Assembly (NCBI GenBank): GCA_964504535.1
Contig: CAZDED010000005.1
Span: 9,411 to 73,410, forward strand
Direction: 5' to 3'
Source of the DNA: an uncultured Gammaproteobacteria bacterium
Lineage (GTDB): Bacteria; Patescibacteriota; Microgenomatia; Levybacterales; GWA1-39-11
DNA length: 64,000 nt
Each line of letters begins with the position of its first letter. Within the stretch, counting starts at the first letter, position 1. Positions 1 to 9,079 of the stretch are shown one piece after another. Made by a program: the position numbers and the translations under genes. A model generated the notes under the pieces. That model saw only the letters and a list, made by a program, of their open reading frames with translations. It ran no database searches and was not told the DNA's origin.

Positions 1-586
1 CCTATCACCGGAAGATGAAGCAAAAATTAAAGTATCTTTAGATTCTTCACAACACCTTATATCACTAGTAAGCGACATACTGGATGTATCAGCAATCGAA
101 GGAAAACGTATCAAGCTCAATCCTTCGCAAATTGATCTTAAAGCACTCATTCAAGCACAAATTGAAGAAATGCAGACTCTTGCCCAACAGAAGAATATCA
201 AGCTTGAAAGTAAAATAGAAAGTGAGAAAGTGATGGCATATGCGGATCCTGATAAGGTAAAACAAGTATTAACAAATCTTATCGGCAATGCATTTAAATT
301 TACTCCTGGAGGGGGAAGCATAACTATTTCGGCACGTATTGAAGGTAAAAATGCGAAAGTTTCGGTGGCAGACACCGGACCAGGAATCAAAAAAGATGAT
401 CTTTCAAAGTTATTTACAAAATTTGGGAAGCTTGAAACTTCATTTAGTAAGTCTGCAAATACTTCAGGTGTAGGTCTGGGGCTTTATATTAGTAAAAATC
501 TCATCGAAATGTCTCGAGGTGAGATTACAATTGAGTCTGAGGTGGGAAAGGGTACAACATTTAGTTTTACCCTGCCTGTTTCTTGA
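1..586 (+). CDS. sensor histidine kinase, C-terminal fragment (phosphoacceptor region and HATPase_c domain); 5' end lies outside the window
   Basis: The frame is open from nucleotide 2. The G1 and G2 boxes are present (GxGL, GGGSI, GTGLGL). It is followed by receiver-domain genes. Confidence 0.8.
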   Translation, partial: LSPEDEAKIKVSLDSSQHLISLVSDILDVSAIEGKRIKLNPSQIDLKALIQAQIEEMQTLAQQKNIKLESKIESEKVMAYADPDKVKQVLTNLIGNAFKFTPGGGSITISARIEGKNAKVSVADTGPGIKKDDLSKLFTKFGKLETSFSKSANTSGVGLGLYISKNLIEMSRGEITIESEVGKGTTFSFTLPVS

Positions 587-617
587 CTTGCTTGATGCGA
601 AGTGATAGTTTTTAGTT

Positions 618-983
618 ATGGATAATAAACACATACTACTTATTGAAGACGACCAGAATACAAGTGATATTTATTCAGGAATTTTAAAAACCCAGGGATA
701 CCAAGTAGATGTTGCGCTTGATGGACGTGAGGGGCTAGATAAGGCGTCTACAAATGCGTATGACCTCATATTGCTCGATATTATGATGCCAAAAATAGAT
801 GGACTTGAAACGCTTGCTGTTCTTAAGAAATATGATGCGCATAGAAAAGTTGCCCTTTTTTCCAATTTATCATCAACAGAGATTATCGAGAAAGCTATGA
901 AAATAGGAGCAGATGAATTTATTATGAAGTCAGACACCGATCCAGACAGTTTTCTGGTAAAGGTAAAGAGATTAACAAATTAA
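618..983 (+). CDS. single-domain response regulator (CheY-like receiver)
   Basis: Acidic pocket and phospho-acceptor Asp context (LLIEDD...LILLDIMMPKIDG). 121 aa with no output domain. Confidence 0.8.
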   Translation: MDNKHILLIEDDQNTSDIYSGILKTQGYQVDVALDGREGLDKASTNAYDLILLDIMMPKIDGLETLAVLKKYDAHRKVALFSNLSSTEIIEKAMKIGADEFIMKSDTDPDSFLVKVKRLTN

Positions 984-1034
984 CGGCAGCTTGTTTTTTC
1001 ACAATGTAAGGATTACAGTAGTTGAAAGGGTAAT

Positions 1035-1433
1035 ATGAGTAAAATATTAATTGTAGAAGATGATCCACTGATGTCTCGGATGTATCAAAAGATTTTTTCT
1101 TTTGAGAATTATGAAGTGATCCAAGCAGCGGATGGAGAAGAGGGTTTGGAGAAGGCAAAAACAGTAAATCCAACTATCATACTTTTAGACGTTATGATGC
1201 CTAAAATGAATGGTCTTGATGTGCTGGATAAGCTTAAACTTGATCCTTCAACCAAAGCAATCCCTGTCGTTATGCTGACTAATCTTGCCGGACAACGAGA
1301 TGCAGAAACAGCGATGGCAAAAGGAGCGGTCAAGTACATCATAAAAAGTGAATATGAGCCAAAACAAGTCGCAGACATGATAAAAGAAATATTGGCCGGG
1401 TACACCAGGGATGAAGTCCCAGAAAGTGCATAA
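1035..1433 (+). CDS. single-domain response regulator (CheY-like receiver), paralog of 618..983
   Basis: ILIVEDD...IILLDVMMPKMNG...K motif set. 132 aa. Confidence 0.8.
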   Translation: MSKILIVEDDPLMSRMYQKIFSFENYEVIQAADGEEGLEKAKTVNPTIILLDVMMPKMNGLDVLDKLKLDPSTKAIPVVMLTNLAGQRDAETAMAKGAVKYIIKSEYEPKQVADMIKEILAGYTRDEVPESA

Positions 1434-2073
1434 AACCGTGAAAAAAAAGCTTGCCCCGAGTAAAAAATCTACTGAAAATATTCCCGAAGAACTTCCCGTT
1501 GTTGAAAAAGTCGAAGAAATTAAGGCGACGACACGAAGAGATTCATTTTTCTACAATCAAGAACCTGAAACTCCCTCTGAAAGTACAATTGTCGAAGAAA
1601 GTGAACCCAAAATTGAACGTCAGAATAAAAAGCTATTTTTCTTAGGATTTGGAGTATTTATAGCAACGGTTATATGCACCTTAATTTTTGGATTACTATT
1701 TATGCAATTAAATGGATCCGGAAATGCGAAGCAATCGCAGGATACTATTTCGAATCCGGAACCTACCCCAACACCAACGCCAGCAACACTTGACCGGGAA
1801 TCTTGGACTTTTGAGGTACACAATGGCAGTGGAGTAGCTGGTGCGGCCGCAAAAGCTTCTGAAAAATTTGAAAAACTTGGATATAAAGTGACCAATACGG
1901 GAAATGCAGAGGAGGAAGTTACTATAACAGAACTTTACATTTCAAAAGATAAAAGTGAAGAAGAGACGCAACTTCTATTGGAAGATTTAAAATCTGATTT
2001 CGGAGAGCTGACTGTTACGGGAAAACTTACAGATTCAACCGCTTCAGTTCGAATTATTCTTGGAAAGGAATAG
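1411..2073 (+). CDS. membrane-anchored protein with C-terminal LytR_C (LCP-family C-terminal) domain
   Basis: A single TM helix is followed by a Pro/Thr linker. The C-terminus (WTFEVHNGSGVAGAA...VRIILGKE) is typical of LytR_C. Start is uncertain because it overlaps the upstream gene by 23 nt. Confidence 0.55.
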   Translation: MKSQKVHKTVKKKLAPSKKSTENIPEELPVVEKVEEIKATTRRDSFFYNQEPETPSESTIVEESEPKIERQNKKLFFLGFGVFIATVICTLIFGLLFMQLNGSGNAKQSQDTISNPEPTPTPTPATLDRESWTFEVHNGSGVAGAAAKASEKFEKLGYKVTNTGNAEEEVTITELYISKDKSEEETQLLLEDLKSDFGELTVTGKLTDSTASVRIILGKE

Positions 2074-2121
2074 GCCATATTCCTTGACAGCAAAGTTTCA
2101 TATTCCGTATGATAAAAACAT

Positions 2122-2973
2122 ATGAAAAAAGCTGCCCGCAACAAGAAAGAATCCTTTTTTGAAAAACAACAGGAGATAGTGGAAGAAATTGTAATTGAAG
2201 AGAAAAAAATTGCTAAATCGAAAATGAAATTGTTGTCACAAAGAAAATATCAGGTAGGATTATTAGTTTTGATAATTATTGTCGTGGGAGCTTTGGTGGC
2301 AGGGTATGGGTTTACTCAAAAAAATGACTTAGTTGATGGTGGAAAGCTGAGCCCTTCCCAGATATCAGCACTTGTTAATGAAGTGGGGGATAAGATGGTC
2401 ATTCCAAAAGGGGAGACTCCAACTATCGCAACGGTTACTGATATCACAAAACTTGAAGAACAACCGTTCTTTAGGAATGCTCAAAATGGCGATAAAGTCA
2501 TGATATTTGGGAGTACAAACACTGCAATTTTGTACCGTCCATCAATTCACAAAATAGTAACGGTAGCGCCTATTAATGCTCAGAATTCCCCGATAACAAC
2601 TAGCAATACAACCCCAACACCATTGCCATCAGGTGTAACTCCGAGCGTCAGTCCAACTCCCACATCTACACCAACAAAAGTAGCAATTCTTAACGGAACG
2701 AAAGTAGCCGGACTTGCCAAAAAAGCGGAAGATCTTCTAAAAAGCTCAAACATCGAGGTAGTTACTCTTGGGAATTCAGTTGGAGACTATCAAACAAGTT
2801 CAATCTCTAAAGTTGCAAGCTCAACAAAGCTTACAGATAATGACTTACAGTTAATAATTTCACCTACAAAATTAAAGGCTAAAGTAGTTGCTCTTCCTGC
2901 TGATGAAACAGTACCGGGAGGAGTAGAAGTAGTAATTATCCTCGGAAAAGATTTTGCTGACGCTCAACAATAA
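2122..2973 (+). CDS. membrane-anchored LytR_C domain protein (paralog of previous)
   Basis: N-terminal TM helix, Thr/Pro-rich linker, C-terminal VAILNGTKVAGLA...VVIILGKDF matching LytR_C. Confidence 0.55.
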   Translation: MKKAARNKKESFFEKQQEIVEEIVIEEKKIAKSKMKLLSQRKYQVGLLVLIIIVVGALVAGYGFTQKNDLVDGGKLSPSQISALVNEVGDKMVIPKGETPTIATVTDITKLEEQPFFRNAQNGDKVMIFGSTNTAILYRPSIHKIVTVAPINAQNSPITTSNTTPTPLPSGVTPSVSPTPTSTPTKVAILNGTKVAGLAKKAEDLLKSSNIEVVTLGNSVGDYQTSSISKVASSTKLTDNDLQLIISPTKLKAKVVALPADETVPGGVEVVIILGKDFADAQQ

Positions 2974-2975
2974 TA

Positions 2976-5720
2976 TTATCTTCTCGCCGCCCGCATATTG
3001 GAGGCCCACAAGAGAATGTCTGCGATTGACACTATTATAAATGGAAGTACTTTAAACACCCCGAATTGACCTATAAATACGATTTCTATAGCCAGAACAA
3101 GAATTAAAATAGCCTCAAATAGAGTAGATAAAAGATATTCCGTATACCACTTAACATTATTAAGACTCATACGAGGAGGCTTGCCTGTTTGTTCTATTAG
3201 TAAAACAATCCTGTCATTAAGATCATTCTTTTTGACCTTGATTGATGTACCAGAAAACCCTTTTTTATTAGTAGTTATTCTGATATCAACAGCCTCATGA
3301 ATCTTTACTAAAAACTCACCATGCTCATTGCTTTTTGTATGACCCAGAACTTTTCCTGAGTTTGAAAGGAAATAGAGTAGGACTCCTGCTACCGGCTCAT
3401 CTGAACCTGAAGTTGAGATGTTCCCATGAACAAGAAATGTGTGTACATCCTTTCTAAAAGGAAGAAATATGTGATACAAGAGAAACGTGGGAAATAAAAT
3501 GACTGGCACCGACATCCTTTTTGAGAGAGAGATGGTAAGAAGAAAAGCAAGAAACGATAGTAATAAAAAGGCAACAAGCTCAAAAAATCGATAAGACGAG
3601 CGAAGAGTTTGTATTGCTTGCTCAGAAGACTGGAAAAAATCAAGTGCAGTTGATAGGTAATATTGGCCAAGTGTCAGGATGTTAAATGGCAGGGGGGTAA
3701 GTTCGACGGTGGGGTAGGAAGATGACATATCAGGGTCAAGAGTGAACTCGAGTGATTGTTCTTTGTATCCAAGAATTTGAATAACAGCTTTGTATTTCCC
3801 AGGAGGAAGAACTGTCAAAACCTTCCCATCAGGCTCAGAATACGCAGGATTTTTTATAGGTGTTACGGAAGATGATAATAATTCATAAATCTTGAGACGT
3901 TGATTGTAGAAGTAGAACGTAATTTTTGCGTGCTCGATAGCAGCTTTTGTTGCACTATTTATGACTCGTAAAGGTTGGGAGACTGTAACATCTGAAATTT
4001 TTTGTTCTGAGATGTTGCCATTGTAATCCTGGACTTGCAATATGAGCTCATATTCTCCAGGCCGTACTCCGGCATTTAGTCTTCCCACAAAATGTCCCGG
4101 ACTTATTTCAGATACTGTTACGGAGTCCGAACTCGTGGTTTCAGGTTCAAAACTATTTATTCCAAGTACATTCTTACTTCTGAGAATTGCTTTTACTGCC
4201 TTTACATTAGAAGGATCTTTTATCATTACCTTAAAGGAGTAATTGGAAGTGTTGGGAATGATAAAGATACCTATTGGACTTTGGAGACGCGAACCGTCGA
4301 CTAGCAATACATCTTGGCTTGTTACAATCAATGAATTTATGTCTACTTGGGGTGGGTTTGAGGTTTGAGCTGTATCTAACAGATAAAGATCTGAGGTGGC
4401 AGATATCCCATTTTGTGTGGTTGCCAAGACTTTGAAATAGTATCTTGTGCGAGGTTTGAGGTTGGTAAGAGTTACTAAATGATCTTTCCTAAAGTCGTTG
4501 ACAACCTGAGATTCATTTAAATTACTTATAGACGTACCGTATGAAATGTTAATTTTTGAAGCCAGACTGGTTGATATATAAATTGAAGCCTGATCTTGGC
4601 TAATTGTTCTGATATCAATTACATTTATCCGTAATGATGAGCTAGTGTTTGGTTTTGGTCCCAGTCCATCAGATTTTCCATCAGTTCTACCATCAGTTCT
4701 GCCATCCCCTCCAGAACTGCCACCATAGGAAATCGCAGATGTCGGGGCATTTGGATTTTGAAAAGTAGACGTTATTGTTGAATCTGCGGTTTGGGTTACT
4801 GGGCCTAAAACTCTCCCATTGACCGTAAAAGTCACTGGTAATGAGCCGGTGTAGGATGAGCTTGTTTTGAGTTTGAAAGTCACAGTTTGGTCAGTAGTAT
4901 TGCCCGGTATAGTAGTTATAGTCCAATCTATTTTTCTGTTAACCGTGTCAACCACTGCTGGAGTGTTGTTGTAAGCATTTGAACTACTACCTATTACATA
5001 ATCGAGAATTTCCTCAGTTGGCGTTCCATTCCCTTCAACGGTTCCCAAATCCCAGCTAGCCTCAACAGTAATTGCAGCTGGATAACTGAGCAAGTTTGCG
5101 TAAGTCAGAGTATATGTTAGAGTCGTTTCTGGGGCAAAAGTACCGTTTGCAGGGTCTGTGATGGTAAGATCAGCACTAAAATCCGTGGGATTTGCAGCGA
5201 CAGTTGCTGTGACGGATATGCTTTCACTGGTGACTATTGAAACCGCATAGGCATGATAATCAACGACCTGGCTCGAGTTATTCATGGTTCTAAGAACCCC
5301 TACATAGGTTCCAGTTGATGCTGGAGTAGTCAGAGTATTTGAAGAAGCGAAGTTAAAGCAATACTGCGTGCCTGTTGACAGGTCGTTTGAGGGAAAAGTG
5401 ACTGTTTGGCCTGAGACTGCTGTTGCTGTGCCTATTCCAGGCAATGGAGTAGCACCTGAGGGTAGATTTGTCGTTGCGATAGTCCAATTTGAAGCCGTAG
5501 AATTTACACTAAACCCAGTCGGAAATATAACTTGAATCGAATTTTCTACGCCATTTGTTGAAGGTGTAGCACAAATAAGACCTCCAGTCACTTTTGAGAT
5601 CGCCAATCTGTCTAGACGCACTAAGGTTTCCAAATCTCCAGCATAGGCTAGATGAGGCAGGAGAGGGGTAAGAATGGGTATAAGTACTACCACAAAAAGG
5701 ATACGGGCAATAATACGCAT
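2976..5720 (-). CDS. large (914 aa) cell-surface protein: signal peptide, Thr/Ser-rich Ig/FN3-like beta repeats, GDGRTDGRTDGKSDG low-complexity stretch, C-terminal multi-TM region
   Basis: N-terminal MRIIARILFVVVLIPILTPLLPHLAYA signal. Long T/S/N-rich repetitive beta-strand sequence. Several hydrophobic helices near the C-terminus. Confidence 0.6.
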   Translation of the reverse strand: MRIIARILFVVVLIPILTPLLPHLAYAGDLETLVRLDRLAISKVTGGLICATPSTNGVENSIQVIFPTGFSVNSTASNWTIATTNLPSGATPLPGIGTATAVSGQTVTFPSNDLSTGTQYCFNFASSNTLTTPASTGTYVGVLRTMNNSSQVVDYHAYAVSIVTSESISVTATVAANPTDFSADLTITDPANGTFAPETTLTYTLTYANLLSYPAAITVEASWDLGTVEGNGTPTEEILDYVIGSSSNAYNNTPAVVDTVNRKIDWTITTIPGNTTDQTVTFKLKTSSSYTGSLPVTFTVNGRVLGPVTQTADSTITSTFQNPNAPTSAISYGGSSGGDGRTDGRTDGKSDGLGPKPNTSSSLRINVIDIRTISQDQASIYISTSLASKINISYGTSISNLNESQVVNDFRKDHLVTLTNLKPRTRYYFKVLATTQNGISATSDLYLLDTAQTSNPPQVDINSLIVTSQDVLLVDGSRLQSPIGIFIIPNTSNYSFKVMIKDPSNVKAVKAILRSKNVLGINSFEPETTSSDSVTVSEISPGHFVGRLNAGVRPGEYELILQVQDYNGNISEQKISDVTVSQPLRVINSATKAAIEHAKITFYFYNQRLKIYELLSSSVTPIKNPAYSEPDGKVLTVLPPGKYKAVIQILGYKEQSLEFTLDPDMSSSYPTVELTPLPFNILTLGQYYLSTALDFFQSSEQAIQTLRSSYRFFELVAFLLLSFLAFLLTISLSKRMSVPVILFPTFLLYHIFLPFRKDVHTFLVHGNISTSGSDEPVAGVLLYFLSNSGKVLGHTKSNEHGEFLVKIHEAVDIRITTNKKGFSGTSIKVKKNDLNDRIVLLIEQTGKPPRMSLNNVKWYTEYLLSTLFEAILILVLAIEIVFIGQFGVFKVLPFIIVSIADILLWASNMRAARR

Positions 5721-5794
5721 ATATTAAGTATCACGCATTACAAAGAGCGTATCAAGTATTTGATTCTCAAACAGATATTCCTCATAATTGTTAT

Positions 5795-6481
5795 ATGACA
5801 TACAAGACAAAAGAGAAGTCTTTTTTCGAAAAAACAATTGAAGAGGAGATAGTAAAGCCGGTTCAGGAAACAAAGGAGGATCTTCAGGAATTGGAGAAAA
5901 AAGGTGCTAAAAAAGTCCTGAAATGGTACGATTTCGGAGCCTCTTCTCTTCGTGATGAGATCAAAAGACGTCCTGCGCAATATTTTTTCTTATTCATAAC
6001 ATCCTTTATAGGGTCTGCATTGACTACTGGTGCTGCTTTAATAATTTTTTCAGGCAATCTTATCGCTCAGTTCGTCCCAAAACCGGTCCAAAAAGTGGAA
6101 AGTTCTCAGACTGTCAAAGTTCCTGTAGCTGCCACTAAATATGACCCATTACTTCTTGCTTCAAAATTGCGCAAAAATGAGACAGACTTCGAGCTCGTGG
6201 ATGTACGAAGTTCAGAGGAATTCAACCGAGGCCATATCATGGGTGCTGTGAGCCTTCCTGTTTATTCGACAGAAATGGTTGGCAAAAGTGGTGATGTCGA
6301 TGTGGCAAGCATAAAGGAGGCATTCAAGAAATATACTACAACTGACAAATTCCTTATCATTTACGCTCAAAATGCTTATGCAACTATCCCTTCAGATATA
6401 GCAGCCATCCTCTCAACTGGCAAAAAGGAAGTAAAAGCCCTTGCAGTTGGGTGGGAAGAGTGGCAACATCTCAATCAGTAA
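5795..6481 (+). CDS. membrane-anchored rhodanese-homology domain protein (catalytic Cys replaced; probably inactive)
   Basis: FELVDVRSSEEFNRGHIMGAVSLP matches rhodanese. The active-site loop reads YAQNAYA with no Cys. Confidence 0.6.
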   Translation: MTYKTKEKSFFEKTIEEEIVKPVQETKEDLQELEKKGAKKVLKWYDFGASSLRDEIKRRPAQYFFLFITSFIGSALTTGAALIIFSGNLIAQFVPKPVQKVESSQTVKVPVAATKYDPLLLASKLRKNETDFELVDVRSSEEFNRGHIMGAVSLPVYSTEMVGKSGDVDVASIKEAFKKYTTTDKFLIIYAQNAYATIPSDIAAILSTGKKEVKALAVGWEEWQHLNQ

Positions 6482-6731
6482 TTAGTAAATAGTAATTAGG
6501 AATTTCCAACAAATTGAAGCTATTAGTCCTATATTAAAAAAATATCCCTATAGTACGAAGCATGACAAGTCACATATAGGCCTAGAATATGAATCGTTAT
6601 TATCTCAGTTTGAGCCTAAAAATTATTACGGGATAATTTATTCTTAGAGCATTTGTTTCCTTTCTATTTGAGCTGATATTTAGTAAAATATACTTCGTGC
6701 CGAAGATGAAAATTTTCGGTGCAAAGAAAGC

Positions 6732-6820
6732 GTGCCGAGATGACGGAGCGGTCAATCGTAACAGACTGTAAATCTGTCGCCCGTTTGGGCTACATAGGTT
6801 CGAATCCTATTCTCGGCACA
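6732..6820 (+). tRNA. tRNA-Tyr (anticodon GTA), type II with long variable arm
   Basis: 7-bp acceptor GTGCCGA/TCGGCAC. Anticodon loop CTGTAAA. Variable hairpin GCCC-GTTT-GGGC. T arm ATAGG-TTCGAAT-CCTAT. Discriminator A, CCA not encoded. Confidence 0.8.
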
Positions 6821-6886
6821 AAAATAGATAAGAAGTTTTTTTGTGAAGAGAAAGGAGTCGACTGATAGATTTCAGTCCCCTTCGGG

Positions 6887-6972
6887 AACAGACTGTAAGC
6901 AAGCTTGAGACCGTTGGTCTTAAATCTGTCGCCCGTTTGGGCTACATAGGTTCGAATCCTATTCTCGGCACA
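6887..6972 (+). pseudogene. tRNA-Tyr 3' partial duplicate (anticodon loop to 3' end) interrupted by a 22-nt mini-hairpin insertion right after the anticodon
   Basis: acagactgtaa + gcaagcttgagaccgttggtct + taaatctgtcgcccgtttgggctacataggttcgaatcctattctcggcaca. The upstream sequence does not form a 5' acceptor or D arm. Confidence 0.5.
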
Positions 6973-7037
6973 CGAAATTTTTTTGAGTGTGACGAGAACA
7001 AACTTGCTTTATTCTCGGCACAAAATCCGCTAAATTT

Positions 7038-7100
7038 GCCCTGATGGCTCAGTGATCGCTCAATTTGCTTTGCAAATTGTAGAGCGCGTTCTTGAGACGG
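7038..7100 (+). repeat. tRNA-Thr-like 5' fragment carrying a 25-nt hairpin (caatttgc-ttt-gcaaattg) inserted in the D loop
   Basis: gccctgatggctcagtg | atcgctcaatttgctttgcaaattg | tagagcgcgttcttg. This parallels the genuine tRNA-Thr 5' half 14 nt downstream. Confidence 0.5.
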
Positions 7101-7113
7101 AAAAACTTTTTAT

Positions 7114-7185
7114 GCCCGAGTGGCTCAGTGGTAGAGCGCATTCTTGGTAAGAATGAGGTCCCGGGTCCGATTCCCGGCTTGGGCT
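7114..7185 (+). tRNA. tRNA-Thr (anticodon GGT)
   Basis: Acceptor GCCCGAG/CTTGGGC (one G-U pair). D arm GCTC-AGTGGTA-GAGC. Anticodon stem CATTC/GAATG with loop TTGGTAA. T arm CCGGG-TCCGATT-CCCGG. Confidence 0.8.
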
Positions 7186-7261
7186 CAAAAGTTTTTCCTC
7201 GCAATTTGGCGAAGCCAAATCGAAAGAACAGAGTGGTGACGACCATGCGAAGTATGGCCAA

Positions 7262-7437
7262 GCTTGAAAGGCTTATTCCCGCTCGGGGCTCAGTGATCGC
7301 TCAATTTGCATTGCAAATCGTAGAGCATTCTTGGTAAGTAGTCATGGGGACGACCCTGCATAGCAGGGCAAGGTTCTGAACTTATTCAGGTTCTTAGCAG
7401 AGCCAAGCCTGAAAGGCTTATTCCCGGCCGAGGCTCA
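7262..7437 (+). repeat. degenerate tRNA-Thr-derived copy with the same 25-nt D-loop hairpin insertion plus an ~85-nt insertion after the anticodon loop; probably non-functional
   Basis: gctcggggctcagtg | atcgctcaatttgcattgcaaatcg | tagagcattcttggtaag ... ttcccggccgaggctca. Flanking sequence gccaagc(t/c)tgaaaggcttattcccg is duplicated at 7256 and 7403. Confidence 0.45.
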
Positions 7438-7503
7438 AATATTTCCTCGCAGGTTTTCGTTTCTTTTTTGCAATAGCTTGCCTATCAGGAGTATAATATA
7501 GAG

Positions 7504-7809
7504 ATGTCAGAATTTATATCGGATGCTATTATTATGTTTCCTGACCGGAATTTGAGAGGTGGTCTTACTTTACATAGTGAACATGAGGATGGAAGACTAA
7601 TGAAAATGGAAGTCGATGAAAGTGTCGTTAATCGGCTTAAAAAGTTTGGATATAGTCAGGAAGCTGAAATTATGGATGTTTTGGTACCAATTAGCAATGT
7701 AGACGGAGAGGATATTATGCAAATGGATTCACCTGTATATCAGTGGGGGATGGAGATAGGGCAATTTATAGTAGCAAATGAGCCAAAAAATAAAATAAAT
7801 CTCTCCTAA
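7504..7809 (+). CDS. hypothetical protein (101 aa)
   Basis: ORF only; no recognisable motif. Confidence 0.35.
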   Translation: MSEFISDAIIMFPDRNLRGGLTLHSEHEDGRLMKMEVDESVVNRLKKFGYSQEAEIMDVLVPISNVDGEDIMQMDSPVYQWGMEIGQFIVANEPKNKINLS

Positions 7810-7882
7810 TACACCTTATTTACTTGCAATTCTAGGTAATAGCTAATATAATTTGTACTTACGTTAAAAACTTTCACATATT

Positions 7883-8062
7883 ATGGCAAAAAAATCTAAA
7901 GGAACACGTCTACAATTCGGTCTTCAATGCACCGTTTGTAAGAACGTTAACTACATAACACAACGCAACAAGCTCAATACGCCAGAAAAATTGGTGTTAA
8001 AGAAATTCTGCAATTTTTGTAAGAAAATTCAACCTCACAAGGAACGGGAAAAGTTGAAGTAG
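7883..8062 (+). CDS. rpmG: 50S ribosomal protein L33
   Basis: MAKKSKGTRLQFGLQCTVCKNVNYITQRNKLNTPEKLVLKKFCNFCKKIQPHKE carries the L33 CxxC...CxxC zinc ribbon. It is 59 aa, below the ORF-track cutoff. Confidence 0.85.
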   Translation: MAKKSKGTRLQFGLQCTVCKNVNYITQRNKLNTPEKLVLKKFCNFCKKIQPHKEREKLK

Positions 8063-8128
8063 TCTTCATTTTCTTTGTTTCACTAAAAAGATCCAACCCC
8101 ACAAAAAAAGAGAAAAACTCAAATAGCT

Positions 8129-8827
8129 TTACAGTAGTAGAAGAGAGAAGAGTCCGAAAGCTGCTCCAAGTAGTGCTCCACCAATGACGTCAGTTGTCCA
8201 ATGTTCTCCTAGACTGATCCGGGATACTAGCATCAGAATCGCATACAAAGAGACGACTCCAATGACAGGGAATCGTAAATATGTAGATATTTTTTTGCCC
8301 TTAATTAGAAGCATAATTATAATTATGAACAAGAAAATTACACGTAAAGAATGACCCGAAGGGTACGATGCATCAGTATGTACATAAAGCCCTGGGAATT
8401 GCATTGATAGATCAGTCGTACGAAGGAACATATGAGGTGGACCAGGCTGGGATAGGATGCCTTTTCCGATGATCTCAATGATATGTGCAGCTCCAAAAAA
8501 ACCAATAGTCAGAATTCCTATGATTTTATGTCTGAAAATTAATATCAAGATAAGAACAACTAAAGAAAATTCAAATCTTCCTGCTACGCTCAAAAAGGAG
8601 AAAAATTCATCAAATCTTAGAGGAATATCATCCTGAAGTCTTACAGTGGTGTTGAAGTCGAATTGCCTTAAAATATCACTTCTGACAATAAATGTGAATG
8701 CAGTGAACATTCCAAAGAAAATGACACCCAGAATAGTAAATGCCTTTTTATAATGTGGTGGAAATGAGGACATGAGCTCTTTTTTTATATGTTTGACTAC
8801 TTTTTGCATCGATATATATGGTAGCAA
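8129..8827 (-). CDS. PAP2-family (type 2 phosphatidic acid phosphatase) membrane phosphatase
   Basis: PAP2 motifs PSGHS and SRxxxxxHxxxD (SRISLGEHWTTDVIGG) with multiple TM helices. Confidence 0.75.
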   Translation of the reverse strand: MLPYISMQKVVKHIKKELMSSFPPHYKKAFTILGVIFFGMFTAFTFIVRSDILRQFDFNTTVRLQDDIPLRFDEFFSFLSVAGRFEFSLVVLILILIFRHKIIGILTIGFFGAAHIIEIIGKGILSQPGPPHMFLRTTDLSMQFPGLYVHTDASYPSGHSLRVIFLFIIIIMLLIKGKKISTYLRFPVIGVVSLYAILMLVSRISLGEHWTTDVIGGALLGAAFGLFSLLLL

Positions 8828-8860
8828 AAAACAGGTTTTAAATGCAAAAAAAAGACTGTA

Positions 8861-9079
8861 TTAAGTATTATTGCGAAGGGTTTCGTTCTGTGTCAGATCA
8901 AAAGAGGAGACGATGGGAGCTTCCTCAAGGAGAGTGTCAATTTCTCCAAGGAAGTGGCTTTGATCTTGCGAGAGTCCGGTAATATTCTGGCCATCTGTGA
9001 TTGCCTTTCTTTTAAGTTCAATAAGTTCAGGATCTTGGTAGTCCAAGTTCCTCAATGCTGCAGCAAGTTTCTCGTTCAT
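8861..9079 (-). CDS. hypothetical protein (72 aa)
   Basis: ORF only. Confidence 0.3.
   Translation of the reverse strand: MNEKLAAALRNLDYQDPELIELKRKAITDGQNITGLSQDQSHFLGEIDTLLEEAPIVSSFDLTQNETLRNNT

Noticed and set aside
7049-7337. ORFs 7049..7261(-) and 7092..7337(+) in the tRNA region
   Set aside because: They run straight through tRNA-Thr and the tRNA-like repeats. The amino-acid sequence is low-information and there is no ribosome-binding site. They are treated as artefacts of the structured-RNA sequence.
6887-7437. Group I or archaeal-type introns in the tRNA-like copies
   Set aside because: The inserts are 22, 25 and ~85 nt, far too short for group I. The copies also lack the 3' anticodon stem and T arm, or the 5' acceptor and D arm, so they cannot form a mature tRNA after splicing.
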